64,000 nt of DNA. It comes from Chlorobiota bacterium. GTDB lineage: Bacteria; Bacteroidota; Ignavibacteria; Kapaibacteriales; NICIL-2. How positions within the stretch are numbered: the first letter of the stretch is position 1; every line of letters begins with the position of its first letter. Below, in pieces: positions 38,792 to 48,994 of this stretch. The notes under the pieces were generated by a model that searched no databases, was not told the DNA's origin, and saw only the letters and a program-made list of their open reading frames with translations. A program made the translations under genes and the position numbers. Where the stretch lies: contig JAOAEV010000005.1 of NCBI GenBank assembly GCA_026416585.1, positions 53 to 64,052 of the forward strand. Direction: 5' to 3'.

Positions 38792-40360
38792 TTGAACACC
38801 CCCATGATCTCTCGGCGAGATGTTCTGCGAATTCTGCTTTTGGGGTCGGGCGCACTGTACACTGCTCCATTGCTTGGAAGCTGCCAGCAGGATCGCACAC
38901 CACGGCGTGTATCGAACGAGCATTCGGCTAAGAATACATACCCACATGTTGCTCATCAGTATTATGATGCGCCACACCAATACATCCGCGAGCACAGACA
39001 CAATACGCTCTCTTGGCAATCTGCTCACCATCATACTACTGATGTTGCGATTATTGGTGCAGGTCCAGCAGGACTGGCAGCAGCAGTAGCGCTTCTTGGT
39101 ACCAATTACGATTTTGTATTGCTCGATAATGAATCGGTTGGCGGAGGTGCAGCACGCTGCGGCCGCTACGACTCAGTCGAATATCCTTTGGCAGCCGTTT
39201 ATTTCGTCGAGCGGACAGCACCGATCGAGGAACTGTGCCGCTTTGCCGGTGTTCAGCCGATAGAAGCACCCGGCGACACGCTTATACTTGACCGGAATCC
39301 ATATCAGCGGTTGTGGCAAGATGAGACGATTGCGACACTGCCGATATGTGCCACAGAGAAATCGGAATTACGCCGATTTCGTGACGATCTACTCGACCGT
39401 ATTGCACAGGGGGAAATACCATCATACCCTCTGCCGGAAACACTCCCTCCTCATCTACAGACACTTGACTCAACCAGTGCAGCTTCTTTTGTCGCGCAAT
39501 ATCGTTCTCCTCTATTGCACACAATACTGGAGCTTTATACCCGATCCTCGATGGGTGGCAGCCTCGAGAGCGTCAATGCGTACGCTCTGCTGAACTTTTA
39601 CGCCAGCGAGATTGCTACTCCTCGCTATACATTTCCCGGCGGGCTTGCTGGTGTAACAGTACCGGTGGTCAAAAAACTCGGCGACCGCGTTCAAACAGGC
39701 ATGACATGTTTGCGTATCGAGAACCCTGCTAATCCACTCGTTTGGGCGCTCGATCGAGAGGGACGCCTTCACCGCATCCAGAGTCGCGTCGCAATTGTGA
39801 CTGTGCAAAAGTTCATGATTCCATGGGTCATACCGGATTTACCTGCAGCCCAACAAGCTGCTATGCACTCGCTACAGTACGCGCCATTTCTTACTGTTCA
39901 CCTGTGCGCACACACGCCATTATTGCCTTCGGGATTCGACATCTGGATACCAGAAGGCTCACAACTATTTACCGACATCATCAATGCAAACGCAATGATG
40001 AAATCCACGGTTACATCTGCTGCAGTCGCGAGTATCTATGCACCGCGTACGGTCGCCGAGCGAGCTATCATGCAGAGCGACGACATCCTGGCTGCCTATG
40101 CACAGCGCATCGCCGAGCGTGCAGTGCAATCAGTTCCAACCATTCCACCAGAAGCTATCGAGGAAGTCCACGTATTTGGGTGGGGCCACGCTGTAGTCAT
40201 GCCTGTACCCGGATCGCATTCGGTAGTTGCGCAACAGGCACGCCAGCGATATGAGAACATCCTTTTTGCAAACACAGACAACGACAGTGCACCCGCCTTC
40301 GAAAACGCTGTTGCGCATGGTTATCGTGCCGCCGAAGACGCTATTGAACTGCTATCGTAG
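38792..40360 (+). CDS. Tat-signal FAD/NAD(P)-binding oxidoreductase (amine-oxidase/phytoene-desaturase-like)
   Basis: Twin-arginine motif SRRDVLRILLLGSGAL. Rossmann dinucleotide motif DVAIIGAGPAGLAAAVAL. Confidence 0.65.
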   Translation: MNTPMISRRDVLRILLLGSGALYTAPLLGSCQQDRTPRRVSNEHSAKNTYPHVAHQYYDAPHQYIREHRHNTLSWQSAHHHTTDVAIIGAGPAGLAAAVALLGTNYDFVLLDNESVGGGAARCGRYDSVEYPLAAVYFVERTAPIEELCRFAGVQPIEAPGDTLILDRNPYQRLWQDETIATLPICATEKSELRRFRDDLLDRIAQGEIPSYPLPETLPPHLQTLDSTSAASFVAQYRSPLLHTILELYTRSSMGGSLESVNAYALLNFYASEIATPRYTFPGGLAGVTVPVVKKLGDRVQTGMTCLRIENPANPLVWALDREGRLHRIQSRVAIVTVQKFMIPWVIPDLPAAQQAAMHSLQYAPFLTVHLCAHTPLLPSGFDIWIPEGSQLFTDIINANAMMKSTVTSAAVASIYAPRTVAERAIMQSDDILAAYAQRIAERAVQSVPTIPPEAIEEVHVFGWGHAVVMPVPGSHSVVAQQARQRYENILFANTDNDSAPAFENAVAHGYRAAEDAIELLS

Positions 40361-41249
40361 GAGAAAAACGTCGGAGAATTTCGTGCCGGACACGTTCCAT
40401 GTACCATTGCGGTGTACTGGTCGCCCCAGTTATGCCAATCGTTTCTGCACCGTCGAACCATTGCGGATCGAGTTCATCTGTGCTTTCGATGAAGTACGTG
40501 CGAGGATTTTCAGAGTGGACTACCTCGTAGAGCACTTTGCCATTCGATGACTGCTTGCCAGCAACAAAAACAATAACATCATTTTGGCGGGCAAAACGCC
40601 GCAGATCATCTTCTCGTCCGGCTACCTGTCCGCAAATGGTGTCTTTCGCATGGAATTCGGTTGCGATTGTTTGCATTTCCTCAACGACAAGTTCAGTAAT
40701 TCGCTCTTTGAGTGCATCGCGGATACGGAGAAAAGTCTGACGATCCATTGTCGTTTGAGAAAAAAGCACTGTTTTCCGACGTAAATCTACACGTTCGAGC
40801 GCTTCTTCCACGCCGCTGACAACTATGCACTCGTCATTACACACCCCACGGACACCAACCACTTCAGCATGATTGGCCTTGCCAAAAATGACAATTTGAT
40901 AGCCGAGATCATAGAACTTGCGTACACGCTCTTGAAGCCGCGTGACGACTGGACATGTAGCATCAATTATTTCGATACCATGTTGTCGAGCCATGCGATA
41001 TGTTTGCGGCGGTTCGCCATGGGCACGGACAAGAACCTTTGAACCTGGCGGCAGGGTCGGGATGTCAGCATGGCCAATTGTGCGCAATCCAAGCGCACTG
41101 AGCCGATCAATCTCCTGGGGATTGTGGATGATGTTGCCGAGGACAAAAACAGTACCGGGAGGATTGTCCCGGAGCATTTCCTCTGCAATTTCAACAGTTC
41201 GGACTACACCCCAACAAAAGCCAGCACGTGGGTCTATTGTCACATTCAT
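40341..41249 (-). CDS. ispH: 4-hydroxy-3-methylbut-2-enyl diphosphate reductase
   Basis: 302 aa: MNVTIDPRAGFCWGV...three conserved Cys. LytB family. Confidence 0.9.
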   Translation of the reverse strand: MNVTIDPRAGFCWGVVRTVEIAEEMLRDNPPGTVFVLGNIIHNPQEIDRLSALGLRTIGHADIPTLPPGSKVLVRAHGEPPQTYRMARQHGIEIIDATCPVVTRLQERVRKFYDLGYQIVIFGKANHAEVVGVRGVCNDECIVVSGVEEALERVDLRRKTVLFSQTTMDRQTFLRIRDALKERITELVVEEMQTIATEFHAKDTICGQVAGREDDLRRFARQNDVIVFVAGKQSSNGKVLYEVVHSENPRTYFIESTDELDPQWFDGAETIGITGATSTPQWYMERVRHEILRRFSPTIAVQ

Positions 41250-42628
41250 CAGTCCTGGGAAACAGAGTTTGACATGGCAAATTTGTTTCGAATGTGTCGA
41301 AGTATCGTTTCGACTTGTTCTTCGATTGTCAGTGCCGATGTATCCAACACGAATGCGTCGTCGGCACGACGCAACGGATTGTATTCACGCGATGAGTCGA
41401 GCGTATCTCGCTGATCGAGTTGGCGCTTGACATCGTCGATAGTCAACGATGGATCAGAAGCATGGAGTTCCAGAAACCGTCGTTGTGCGCGAGTATCGAG
41501 ATCAGCGGTCATAAATACCTTAACGTCAGCGTCTGGGAACACAGCCGTGCCAATATCGCGCCCATCCATCACGATACCTCCCTGCCGACCGAGTTTTTGT
41601 TGTAGTCGAACCATTGCTTGTCGAACTGAGGGGAACGAACTGACCAAACTGACCAAGGCGGTCACATCAGGCTGTCGGATACGTTCACTCACATCACGTC
41701 CATTGAGGTAGGTACGCTGACCGTGCGAAGTGTGACGCAACTCAATCATGATGGATTCAAGCAACGATGCCAGCGTTTGATCCGTCAATGGCACACCAGA
41801 TTCGAGAGCAGCAAGTGTCAGGGCACGGTACATTGCGCCTGTATCGATGTATGTGTAACCGAGCCGTTCAGCAAGAAGCTGTGCGGTGGTTGTTTTTCCC
41901 GACCCAGCTGGTCCGTCAATAGCAATGATTAGTCGGCGGTTCATTGCGGGATTGTCGAAGATTCTCTGCAAACTTACAGCCGCATGGTGAAGATCGGGGA
42001 AACAGAGTGTCGGACGATGTTGAAGCAATTCCTCGATTGAATACGGACCGGATGCGACGGCAAGCGCAACGAAGCCATACCGATGCGCACAAGAGATATC
42101 ATTCGGAGTATCACCAATAATGATTACACGCGATAACTCTTCAACAAGTCCTTGTTGCAATGCCCAATCACGTGCGATCGGAGGTAAATGGTGTCGGTCT
42201 AAGACAGCACATCCCCAAAAACCCTCCAGAAAAAATCTGTCGAGCCCTGCCGTCCGAAGTTTGTGCCAACCAATACGGCGTTCGTTACCGCTAAGAACGA
42301 CCAGCCGAGCACCGTACTTCTGCGCTTCTACAAGAAATGACCGAGCACCATGACAAAGCTGAATGCTGGTTGAGACAATGGAGCGTTGCGCACACTCGGC
42401 AAGCTCATCAAAAAAATTTGCGGCAATTCGACAGGCATAATCTGGATCACCGAGCAGTTGAGCTAATATTTGAAGATCCGTTTTGCCCGCTGCTGTATCG
42501 AGGCGTTCCCACGGTACCTTCCCACCGATAATGTTCGACCATGTTTCTGCCCAGATGCCCCGTGTAACCTGACGATCAACACGAAGAAGGGTGCCATCAA
42601 TGTCAACGAGAAACAGCACGTTATTCAT
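41249..42628 (-). CDS. cmk: Fusion protein: N-terminal HAD-superfamily hydrolase plus C-terminal cytidylate kinase
   Basis: N-terminal DIDGTLL (HAD motif I) ... GDTPNDI (motif IV). C-terminal IIAIDGPAGSGKTTTAQLLAERLGYTYIDTGAMYRA...DGRDIGTAVFPDADVKVFMTA, a canonical Cmk. One continuous 459-aa ORF. Confidence 0.8.
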   Translation of the reverse strand: MNNVLFLVDIDGTLLRVDRQVTRGIWAETWSNIIGGKVPWERLDTAAGKTDLQILAQLLGDPDYACRIAANFFDELAECAQRSIVSTSIQLCHGARSFLVEAQKYGARLVVLSGNERRIGWHKLRTAGLDRFFLEGFWGCAVLDRHHLPPIARDWALQQGLVEELSRVIIIGDTPNDISCAHRYGFVALAVASGPYSIEELLQHRPTLCFPDLHHAAVSLQRIFDNPAMNRRLIIAIDGPAGSGKTTTAQLLAERLGYTYIDTGAMYRALTLAALESGVPLTDQTLASLLESIMIELRHTSHGQRTYLNGRDVSERIRQPDVTALVSLVSSFPSVRQAMVRLQQKLGRQGGIVMDGRDIGTAVFPDADVKVFMTADLDTRAQRRFLELHASDPSLTIDDVKRQLDQRDTLDSSREYNPLRRADDAFVLDTSALTIEEQVETILRHIRNKFAMSNSVSQD

Positions 42629-43181
42629 GAATGAGACCGCGCCACTGTTTCCATCCCATCCATGCTAATACTACAAATACTGCATACAGCATAACATACA
42701 ATTCAAGACCACGCAGCAGATAAACAATTGCATATGCTACATCAATAACAATCCACAGCACCCAGTTTTCTACGTACTTGTGTGCTTGCAGCCAAGTTGC
42801 TATGAGACTTGCAGTAGCTAAACTTGCATCGATTTCCGGAAGTGCAGCATCCGTCCATCCTCGCAGTACGAATGCCCAGGTAATGCTGCCGATACCCCAC
42901 ACCACAAGGAGTACGAGTTTGAGCGTGTGTGTCCGGATGTAAAAAACTTCAACAGTATCGGGTTGCATCGGTTTTTTCCACCACTTCCACAAGCCATAAC
43001 ATCCTGCTGCGAAATAAATCACTTGCAACGTCATATCAGCATACAGCTTGACCCGATAGAAGGATACTGCTTGCAGGACAACACTGATGTTTCCAGCAAT
43101 CCAGCAGAGAATATTTCGCCGAATCATCAGGACAACGTAAAGAATCCCAAAGACGGTCGCTGACCACTCAATCCAGCTCAT
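42621..43181 (-). CDS. pnuC: Nicotinamide riboside transporter PnuC
   Basis: SWIEW motif near the N-terminus and a PnuC-like TM pattern. Start is uncertain: M at 43181 or 43226. The track ORF extends into the upstream methyltransferase gene. Confidence 0.65.
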   Translation of the reverse strand: MSWIEWSATVFGILYVVLMIRRNILCWIAGNISVVLQAVSFYRVKLYADMTLQVIYFAAGCYGLWKWWKKPMQPDTVEVFYIRTHTLKLVLLVVWGIGSITWAFVLRGWTDAALPEIDASLATASLIATWLQAHKYVENWVLWIVIDVAYAIVYLLRGLELYVMLYAVFVVLAWMGWKQWRGLIHE

Positions 43182-44346
43182 CGGTGTTTCGAGGAATCGT
43201 TTTTTTCGTTCCACGGTAAAGCTCATATTCAAGGAGCCTACACTCGATGTCTGCATTGAAGAGTTGTACCCGACGTTTTGGACGCAAGCCAATGAATTTC
43301 GCATTATCCGGTGTTGTCAAGATAAACCCTTTCATTCCAGCACAAGAATGTTTGAGCCAATCACCGAGTTCTCTATAAAGCGCTGGCAGATCGCTTTCCT
43401 CCCCGATGCGTATACCATACGGTGGATTGGCAATCACAAAGGCTGGTGGAGGCGGTAGAGTCAGACAGCGAAAGTCACAGAACCGAAACTCAATGGAGCG
43501 TTCGACATGTGCTGCTTGTGCATTTGCGCGCGCCGAGTTTAGAGCGGCACGTTCGTTATCACATGCAAGAATCACCGTTTTAGTCTCGATGCACATAGAG
43601 CGTGCCTCTTCTCGTAGTGTATTCCACACGTCTACTTGAAAACCGCGCCACCACTGAAAGGCGAACGATGGTCGGTATAAAGCCGGTGCAATATTGCGCG
43701 CCATCATTGCTGCCTCTATAGCAAACGTTCCGCTTCCACACATAGGCACAATGAGCGGCACGGACGGATTCCAGCCAGATGCTCGCATAATCGTTGCTGC
43801 AAGTGCTTCACTCAATGGCGCACGTGTTGTGTGCTGGCGGTAACCACGTTTCGAAAGTGGGATACCGCTACTGTCGAGCCATACCGATACATGATTATCG
43901 CGCCAGTGGAGAAAAATAACTGTACCTTGGCGAGAACTATTGCTGTTGGGACGGCGGCCACAGTACCTCCGCATCCGATCTGCAATTGCATCTTTCAGTT
44001 TTTGGCATGCGTACAGTGAATTCCGAATCGTCTGATTCCGTACTGATGCGGTCACTGTGATTACCGAGGTCGGATCAATGTGAGACTCCCACGATAATCC
44101 CACTGCCCACTGGTACAAATCAGCAGCTGTTGCGGCTTCACCTTCCCACAAAAACAGCAACACCCGATGTGCACAACGCAGCCACAAGTTGAGCCGATAT
44201 AACGCATGCGCATCCCCATAGACTTCAACTGCCGTTGCACTACGTTCGGCAGCGGTATAACCAAGCTCCTGTATCTCAGCAGACACATACGGAGCGCTCC
44301 CCTTTGCGCACGTGACAATGTAGCGGTACGATGGCACAGGCGTCAT
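43168..44346 (-). CDS. THUMP-domain class I SAM-dependent RNA methyltransferase (RlmL/RlmKL-like)
   Basis: THUMP-like N-terminus. SAM-binding PMCGSGTF. NPPYG catalytic motif. Internal start chosen to give a 4-bp overlap with cinA. Confidence 0.75.
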   Translation of the reverse strand: MTPVPSYRYIVTCAKGSAPYVSAEIQELGYTAAERSATAVEVYGDAHALYRLNLWLRCAHRVLLFLWEGEAATAADLYQWAVGLSWESHIDPTSVITVTASVRNQTIRNSLYACQKLKDAIADRMRRYCGRRPNSNSSRQGTVIFLHWRDNHVSVWLDSSGIPLSKRGYRQHTTRAPLSEALAATIMRASGWNPSVPLIVPMCGSGTFAIEAAMMARNIAPALYRPSFAFQWWRGFQVDVWNTLREEARSMCIETKTVILACDNERAALNSARANAQAAHVERSIEFRFCDFRCLTLPPPPAFVIANPPYGIRIGEESDLPALYRELGDWLKHSCAGMKGFILTTPDNAKFIGLRPKRRVQLFNADIECRLLEYELYRGTKKTIPRNTDELD

Positions 44347-45605
44347 AAGCTCTTGACTCGCTCGAGCGACATAAGCAACGCTGCAGCACATGCACGTGAA
44401 CGAACTGTAGCGCGGTTCTCACCAAATCGGAAACATCGAGCAGTAACGCCTTGGCTATCGGCAACAGCTATCCAAACTGTCCCCACAGGTTTTTCTGGAC
44501 TACCACCACCAGGACCCGCGATCCCAGAAATAGCAACGCCGAGGTCTGCGCCGTATGCAGAACGGACATATTGTGACAGCTCCTCAACCGTCTGCCGGCT
44601 GACGGCGCCATAGAGTGCAATTGTCTCGGGGTGTACGCCGCCGAAGTAAATTTTGACTGCGTCGGAGTAGCAAATGAGTCCTCCGAGAAAGTATGCGGAA
44701 CTTCCCGGTACTGATGTAATCTCGGATCCCAACATTCCACCTGTGCATGATTCCGCGACAGCAAGTGTAAGTGATCGTTGTGTACACTCTCGTTGGAGAA
44801 TTTCCACAAGTTTTTCGTTTCGATCAGACACAAAGGCTGAGCCAATTGCGGTCTTGATCTTCTCGATAGCAGTATCAAGGAGCACATGCGTCTGCTCAGG
44901 GCTACCACGAGCACGTAATCGCAATCGCACAGTAAGATCCGACGGTAGAAAGGCAACATCTATCCTATCAGATAACTGCTCAAAAAGCGGCTCGACCCGT
45001 TCCGCTAACTCTGATTCTGGAACGCCTGCAGTCACGATGATGCGTTCAGCCACGACATCATATCCTCCAGTTTCAATAGCAGTAGCTATGGCTGGTAGTC
45101 CTGATGTTTGCATGATCGCCATCATCTCCAGTGGCACACCAGGTAGCACCATCACCGCTGCACCATCACTCCGTTCGAACAGCAGCCCAGGTGCTGTACC
45201 GATAGTATTGGGAAGCACACGCGCTGATCGGGGAACCATCGCTTGGCGTCGAAGTCGCTCCGTCATCGTACGCCCGCGTTCGCGTGCACATCGTTCCAAG
45301 TATTCCAACGTTGGCTGATGAAGCACAAGCTGATCGCCAAAAAGATCCGCTACCGCCGCGACAGTGTGATCGTCGTGCGTCGGTCCTAAGCCACCAGTTG
45401 TGATGACAAGGTTGGTTATCTGGCGGAGCTCTCTGATTGCGGCAGTAATTGATGTGGGCTGATCTGCCACCGTTCGTTGCTCGACGACAATAGAACCGGC
45501 TCGCACACACTGGGAAGAAAGCCACTGCGCATTCGTGTTGAGCGTATCGCCGTTAAGAACCTCGTCACCAATAGTAACAATTGCTATTCGAAATAGATTC
45601 ATCAA
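44343..45605 (-). CDS. cinA: CinA (MoCF-binding domain plus C-terminal NMN deamidase PncC domain)
   Basis: 420 aa. N-terminal MogA/MoaB-like fold (IVTIGDEVLNGDTLNTN). C-terminal CinA domain. Confidence 0.85.
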   Translation of the reverse strand: MMNLFRIAIVTIGDEVLNGDTLNTNAQWLSSQCVRAGSIVVEQRTVADQPTSITAAIRELRQITNLVITTGGLGPTHDDHTVAAVADLFGDQLVLHQPTLEYLERCARERGRTMTERLRRQAMVPRSARVLPNTIGTAPGLLFERSDGAAVMVLPGVPLEMMAIMQTSGLPAIATAIETGGYDVVAERIIVTAGVPESELAERVEPLFEQLSDRIDVAFLPSDLTVRLRLRARGSPEQTHVLLDTAIEKIKTAIGSAFVSDRNEKLVEILQRECTQRSLTLAVAESCTGGMLGSEITSVPGSSAYFLGGLICYSDAVKIYFGGVHPETIALYGAVSRQTVEELSQYVRSAYGADLGVAISGIAGPGGGSPEKPVGTVWIAVADSQGVTARCFRFGENRATVRSRACAAALLMSLERVKSL

Positions 45606-45611
45606 AAGCCT

Positions 45612-45652
45612 ATGAAAAAGTGCCCGCTGCGAAATTAGTCCACAGCGGGCAG
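45612..45652 (-). terminator. Rho-independent terminator downstream of rpsA
   Basis: GCCCGCTG-N13-CAGCGGGC perfect 8-bp inverted repeat, followed on the minus strand by ACTTTTTCAT. Confidence 0.65.
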
Positions 45653-45680
45653 GGTATTCAGATGTACTGAAGCGTCGCCG

Positions 45681-47741
45681 TTAGATGCTCGCGCTTGGCG
45701 TCGAATCGTCAAACGTTGTTTGCTCCTGGTTACCTGTCGTGTTAGCAGTTTGCTGCACCTCATCTTGCTGCTCCTGCTCCAGGGCTGGTGAAGCTTCACC
45801 AGCACCAACGTTTGCTGGCTCGTCCACTGATGCGGTCGGCAAAGATTCAGCCGCTGGTGTTACAGCAGAGACTGTTGGAAGATCGGGCATTGGTGGCGGT
45901 GATGGCAGCGAGGTCAATGCATCGGCAAATGCGTAGTCATCCGCACCGGGTACTGCGTGAGCTTGATTGTACGCACGCATTGCATCTTCCCCCTTTTCGC
46001 GCAGAGCATCTACCGCTGATAGGACGATACGCTTGTCATCATCGTGAAACTCGATGATTTTCAACGGCAGAGTATCACCCACTGCGAAATAATCAGCAAT
46101 GCTTTTGACCGGTGCAAAGGAGAGGTGAGATGCAGGCACAAACCCCTCGACACCTTCAGGTAATTCTACAACGACACCTTTGTCAACAATGCGAATAATC
46201 TTTCCTTCTGTGAGACTACCAGGCTTGAAGCGATCGGTATAGACTTCCCACGGATTCTCAGTAACTTGCTTATGCCCAAGTGAAATGCGCCGTTGTTCGG
46301 AGTCCAATGCCAGAACGACCACATCGAGCGGATCCCCTCGTTTGACCACCTCGCCTGGGTGCCGAATCTTCTTTGTCCATGAAAGATCACCGACATGAAC
46401 CAGGCCTTCGACACCCGGTTCAAGCTCGACAAATACGCCGTAGTTGGTAATGTTGCGTACGATACCCTTATGGACAGATCCAACGGGGTATTTTGTGACG
46501 ATCTCGTTCCAGGGATCGGGTTGCAATTGCTTGATACCGAGGGCAAGCTTACGATTTTCTTTGTCAATGCTCAACACCACTGCTTCGATGACCTGTCCCA
46601 GTGACACCAGTTGCGATGGATGCTTGATGTGCTGGGTCCAGGACATCTCACTGATATGAATAAGCCCTTCGATACCTTTTTCGATTTCGATGAATGCGCC
46701 ATAGTCTGTGATACTGACGACACGGCCAGTGACTTTTGTACCCGGTTGATACTTTTCGCCAATCTGCTCCCAAGGATGCGGAGTCAGCTGTTTCATGCCG
46801 AGTGAAATACGGCGCTTGGCTTCATCAAAGTCAAGAACGACAACCTTGACTTTTTCATCCAAGCTAACCACTTCGGAGGGATGGTTGACTCTACCCCACG
46901 ACAAGTCGGTGATATGGACCAGTCCATCAACCCCACCGAGATCAATGAATACACCAAAATCGGCGATAGCTTTGACATGACCTTCCAACACTAATCCTCG
47001 CTCGAGCATCGAGAGAATTCGCTGACGCTGCTCCTGAATCTGCTCTTCGAGAAGCACTTTATGGCTGACAACGACATTCTCGCTGGGATTGTTGACTTTG
47101 ACGACTCGGACATCGAGCGTTTTTCCAATCCATGCATCAAAGTCCCGAACCGGACGCATATCTACCTGCGAACCTGGCAAAAACGCCTCGATACCGAGAA
47201 GATCCACGACGAAACCACCCTTGATGCGCCGGAGGATGCGCACATTGACGATTTCTTGCTTCTCATAGAGCTCGACAATCTGCTGCCAGGTTTTCATGAA
47301 ATCGGCACGACGTCGAGATAGAGCAAGCCGCCCTTGGCTATCTTCGAGCCGATCAACAAAGACGTCGATTTCATCCCCGATTTTGAGGGTGTCGGCTGCT
47401 TCGCTGAATTCAGCGCGCGGGATGACGCCAAGCGATTTGAATCCGACGTCTACCCATATTTCGTCCTTTGTGATTGCAGTGATGACGCCATGGACCATCT
47501 CGTCCTCGCGGATTTGCCGCGTGTTACGCTCGAGCAGACTTGCATACTGGCTATCATCAACAGTCGATAGCGGAATATCGCCTTCGAGCAATGCCGCCAG
47601 AACCGATTTGTTCAAACGGCGCGAGGACTTTTCGACAGACTGCACAGATGTTTCCCCACCCCCTGTCGTTGATGTGGGCTGGTTGGATACTTCTTCTACG
47701 TCGTTGGTCATTGGCAGATCGGCTGTTTCCGTCATGCACAT
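45681..47741 (-). CDS. rpsA: 30S ribosomal protein S1 with extended low-complexity C-terminal tail
   Basis: Six S1 domains (repeated GxV.G.V...GAFV......GL.H.S). About 120-aa P/A/E/T/Q-rich tail. Confidence 0.9.
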   Translation of the reverse strand: MCMTETADLPMTNDVEEVSNQPTSTTGGGETSVQSVEKSSRRLNKSVLAALLEGDIPLSTVDDSQYASLLERNTRQIREDEMVHGVITAITKDEIWVDVGFKSLGVIPRAEFSEAADTLKIGDEIDVFVDRLEDSQGRLALSRRRADFMKTWQQIVELYEKQEIVNVRILRRIKGGFVVDLLGIEAFLPGSQVDMRPVRDFDAWIGKTLDVRVVKVNNPSENVVVSHKVLLEEQIQEQRQRILSMLERGLVLEGHVKAIADFGVFIDLGGVDGLVHITDLSWGRVNHPSEVVSLDEKVKVVVLDFDEAKRRISLGMKQLTPHPWEQIGEKYQPGTKVTGRVVSITDYGAFIEIEKGIEGLIHISEMSWTQHIKHPSQLVSLGQVIEAVVLSIDKENRKLALGIKQLQPDPWNEIVTKYPVGSVHKGIVRNITNYGVFVELEPGVEGLVHVGDLSWTKKIRHPGEVVKRGDPLDVVVLALDSEQRRISLGHKQVTENPWEVYTDRFKPGSLTEGKIIRIVDKGVVVELPEGVEGFVPASHLSFAPVKSIADYFAVGDTLPLKIIEFHDDDKRIVLSAVDALREKGEDAMRAYNQAHAVPGADDYAFADALTSLPSPPPMPDLPTVSAVTPAAESLPTASVDEPANVGAGEASPALEQEQQDEVQQTANTTGNQEQTTFDDSTPSASI

Positions 47742-47896
47742 CTCCTTTGGTCAGATGGAATGCCATCACATACCGCACGACTGCGAGGCATCCACTGCAC
47801 AAATTGTGAAACATACAAATCTTTGTGCGGTCTTGAGCATGCAAAAATACAAGCTACAGTAATTTTACAGCAAATTTTGCTTCCACTGACCATTCG

Positions 47897-48982
47897 ATGC
47901 GAATTCTCGATCGCTACGTCCTAACCTCCACGATCGCGAGTATGGGCTTTGCGTTGCTTGCCCTCGCATTAGTGTTTATCATTGTTAACCTCATCGAAAG
48001 TCTCGACCGGTTCATCGATCAGCAAGCGTCACCAGAGACGATAGTCCTCTACTATGTGTATTTCTTTCCGGAGGTTATCAAATTGCTTTTGCCGGTCACT
48101 GTCCTTGTGGCAACACTCTTCGTGATCGGCAGACTCACCGACAACTATGAAACGACTGCAATGAAAAGCGCCGGCATGAGCCTCTACAGACTATTGCTCC
48201 CTCTGGCATTGCTTAGCATTGTTATTGCAGGGGGGCATCTCTATTTCAATGGTTGGATCGTGCCGCGCATTCTGAGCAAAAAGTTTGCCATCGAGCGACA
48301 ATATCTTGGCAGAAATACCGGCGGCATCCAGAACAATTTATACGGTGTATATCTACGGGATACCCCTCGGCGAATTGTATCAATCGGGTATTACGACTTG
48401 CGGCTGGGCCAAGGGACAGATCTCAGCGTCGAAGAATACAGTGACGCCACCTATCCTCACCTTCTGCGGCGCTTTGATGCACAACGCTTCCGTTGGGATT
48501 CCACAGAAGGTTGGATTGCAGAGAATTGCTACGAGCACACGCTTGAAAACAGTCGTCTGACCGGTAGGTACTACAGCACATGCCCAATCCAATTGACCAC
48601 TGATCATAAGCGGCTGGCAACGCTCGAGCGATCGTTCGATGAGATGACGTACCCCGAACGCGCTGACTACATCGCATTTCTCCGGCGTGGCGGACGCGAC
48701 ACGCGTCAGTTCGACATTACACACGCTGGCGAGTATGCTTTCCCGTTTGCTGATGTTATCGTAGTGCTCATCGCTGTTCCATTTGCATCAGTCAAAAAAC
48801 GGAGCGGACTGGCAGCCAATATCGCGGCCGCTATGCTGCTCACGTTTCTCTACTTAGTCTTGACAAAAGTGTTGCAAGCAATTGGTCTGGGCACTGCGCT
48901 TTCACCGACGCTCGTTGGGTGGAGCGCGAACATCGTTTTTTCGGTAATAGCTGCTGCTATCCTGTTCCGTACACCCACATAA
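47897..48982 (+). CDS. LptF/LptG-family LPS export permease
   Basis: 361 aa: MRILDRYV N-terminus, 3 TM + periplasmic domain + 3 TM (YjgP/YjgQ architecture). Confidence 0.75.
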   Translation: MRILDRYVLTSTIASMGFALLALALVFIIVNLIESLDRFIDQQASPETIVLYYVYFFPEVIKLLLPVTVLVATLFVIGRLTDNYETTAMKSAGMSLYRLLLPLALLSIVIAGGHLYFNGWIVPRILSKKFAIERQYLGRNTGGIQNNLYGVYLRDTPRRIVSIGYYDLRLGQGTDLSVEEYSDATYPHLLRRFDAQRFRWDSTEGWIAENCYEHTLENSRLTGRYYSTCPIQLTTDHKRLATLERSFDEMTYPERADYIAFLRRGGRDTRQFDITHAGEYAFPFADVIVVLIAVPFASVKKRSGLAANIAAAMLLTFLYLVLTKVLQAIGLGTALSPTLVGWSANIVFSVIAAAILFRTPT

Positions 48983-48994
48983 GAGCAAGACGTT

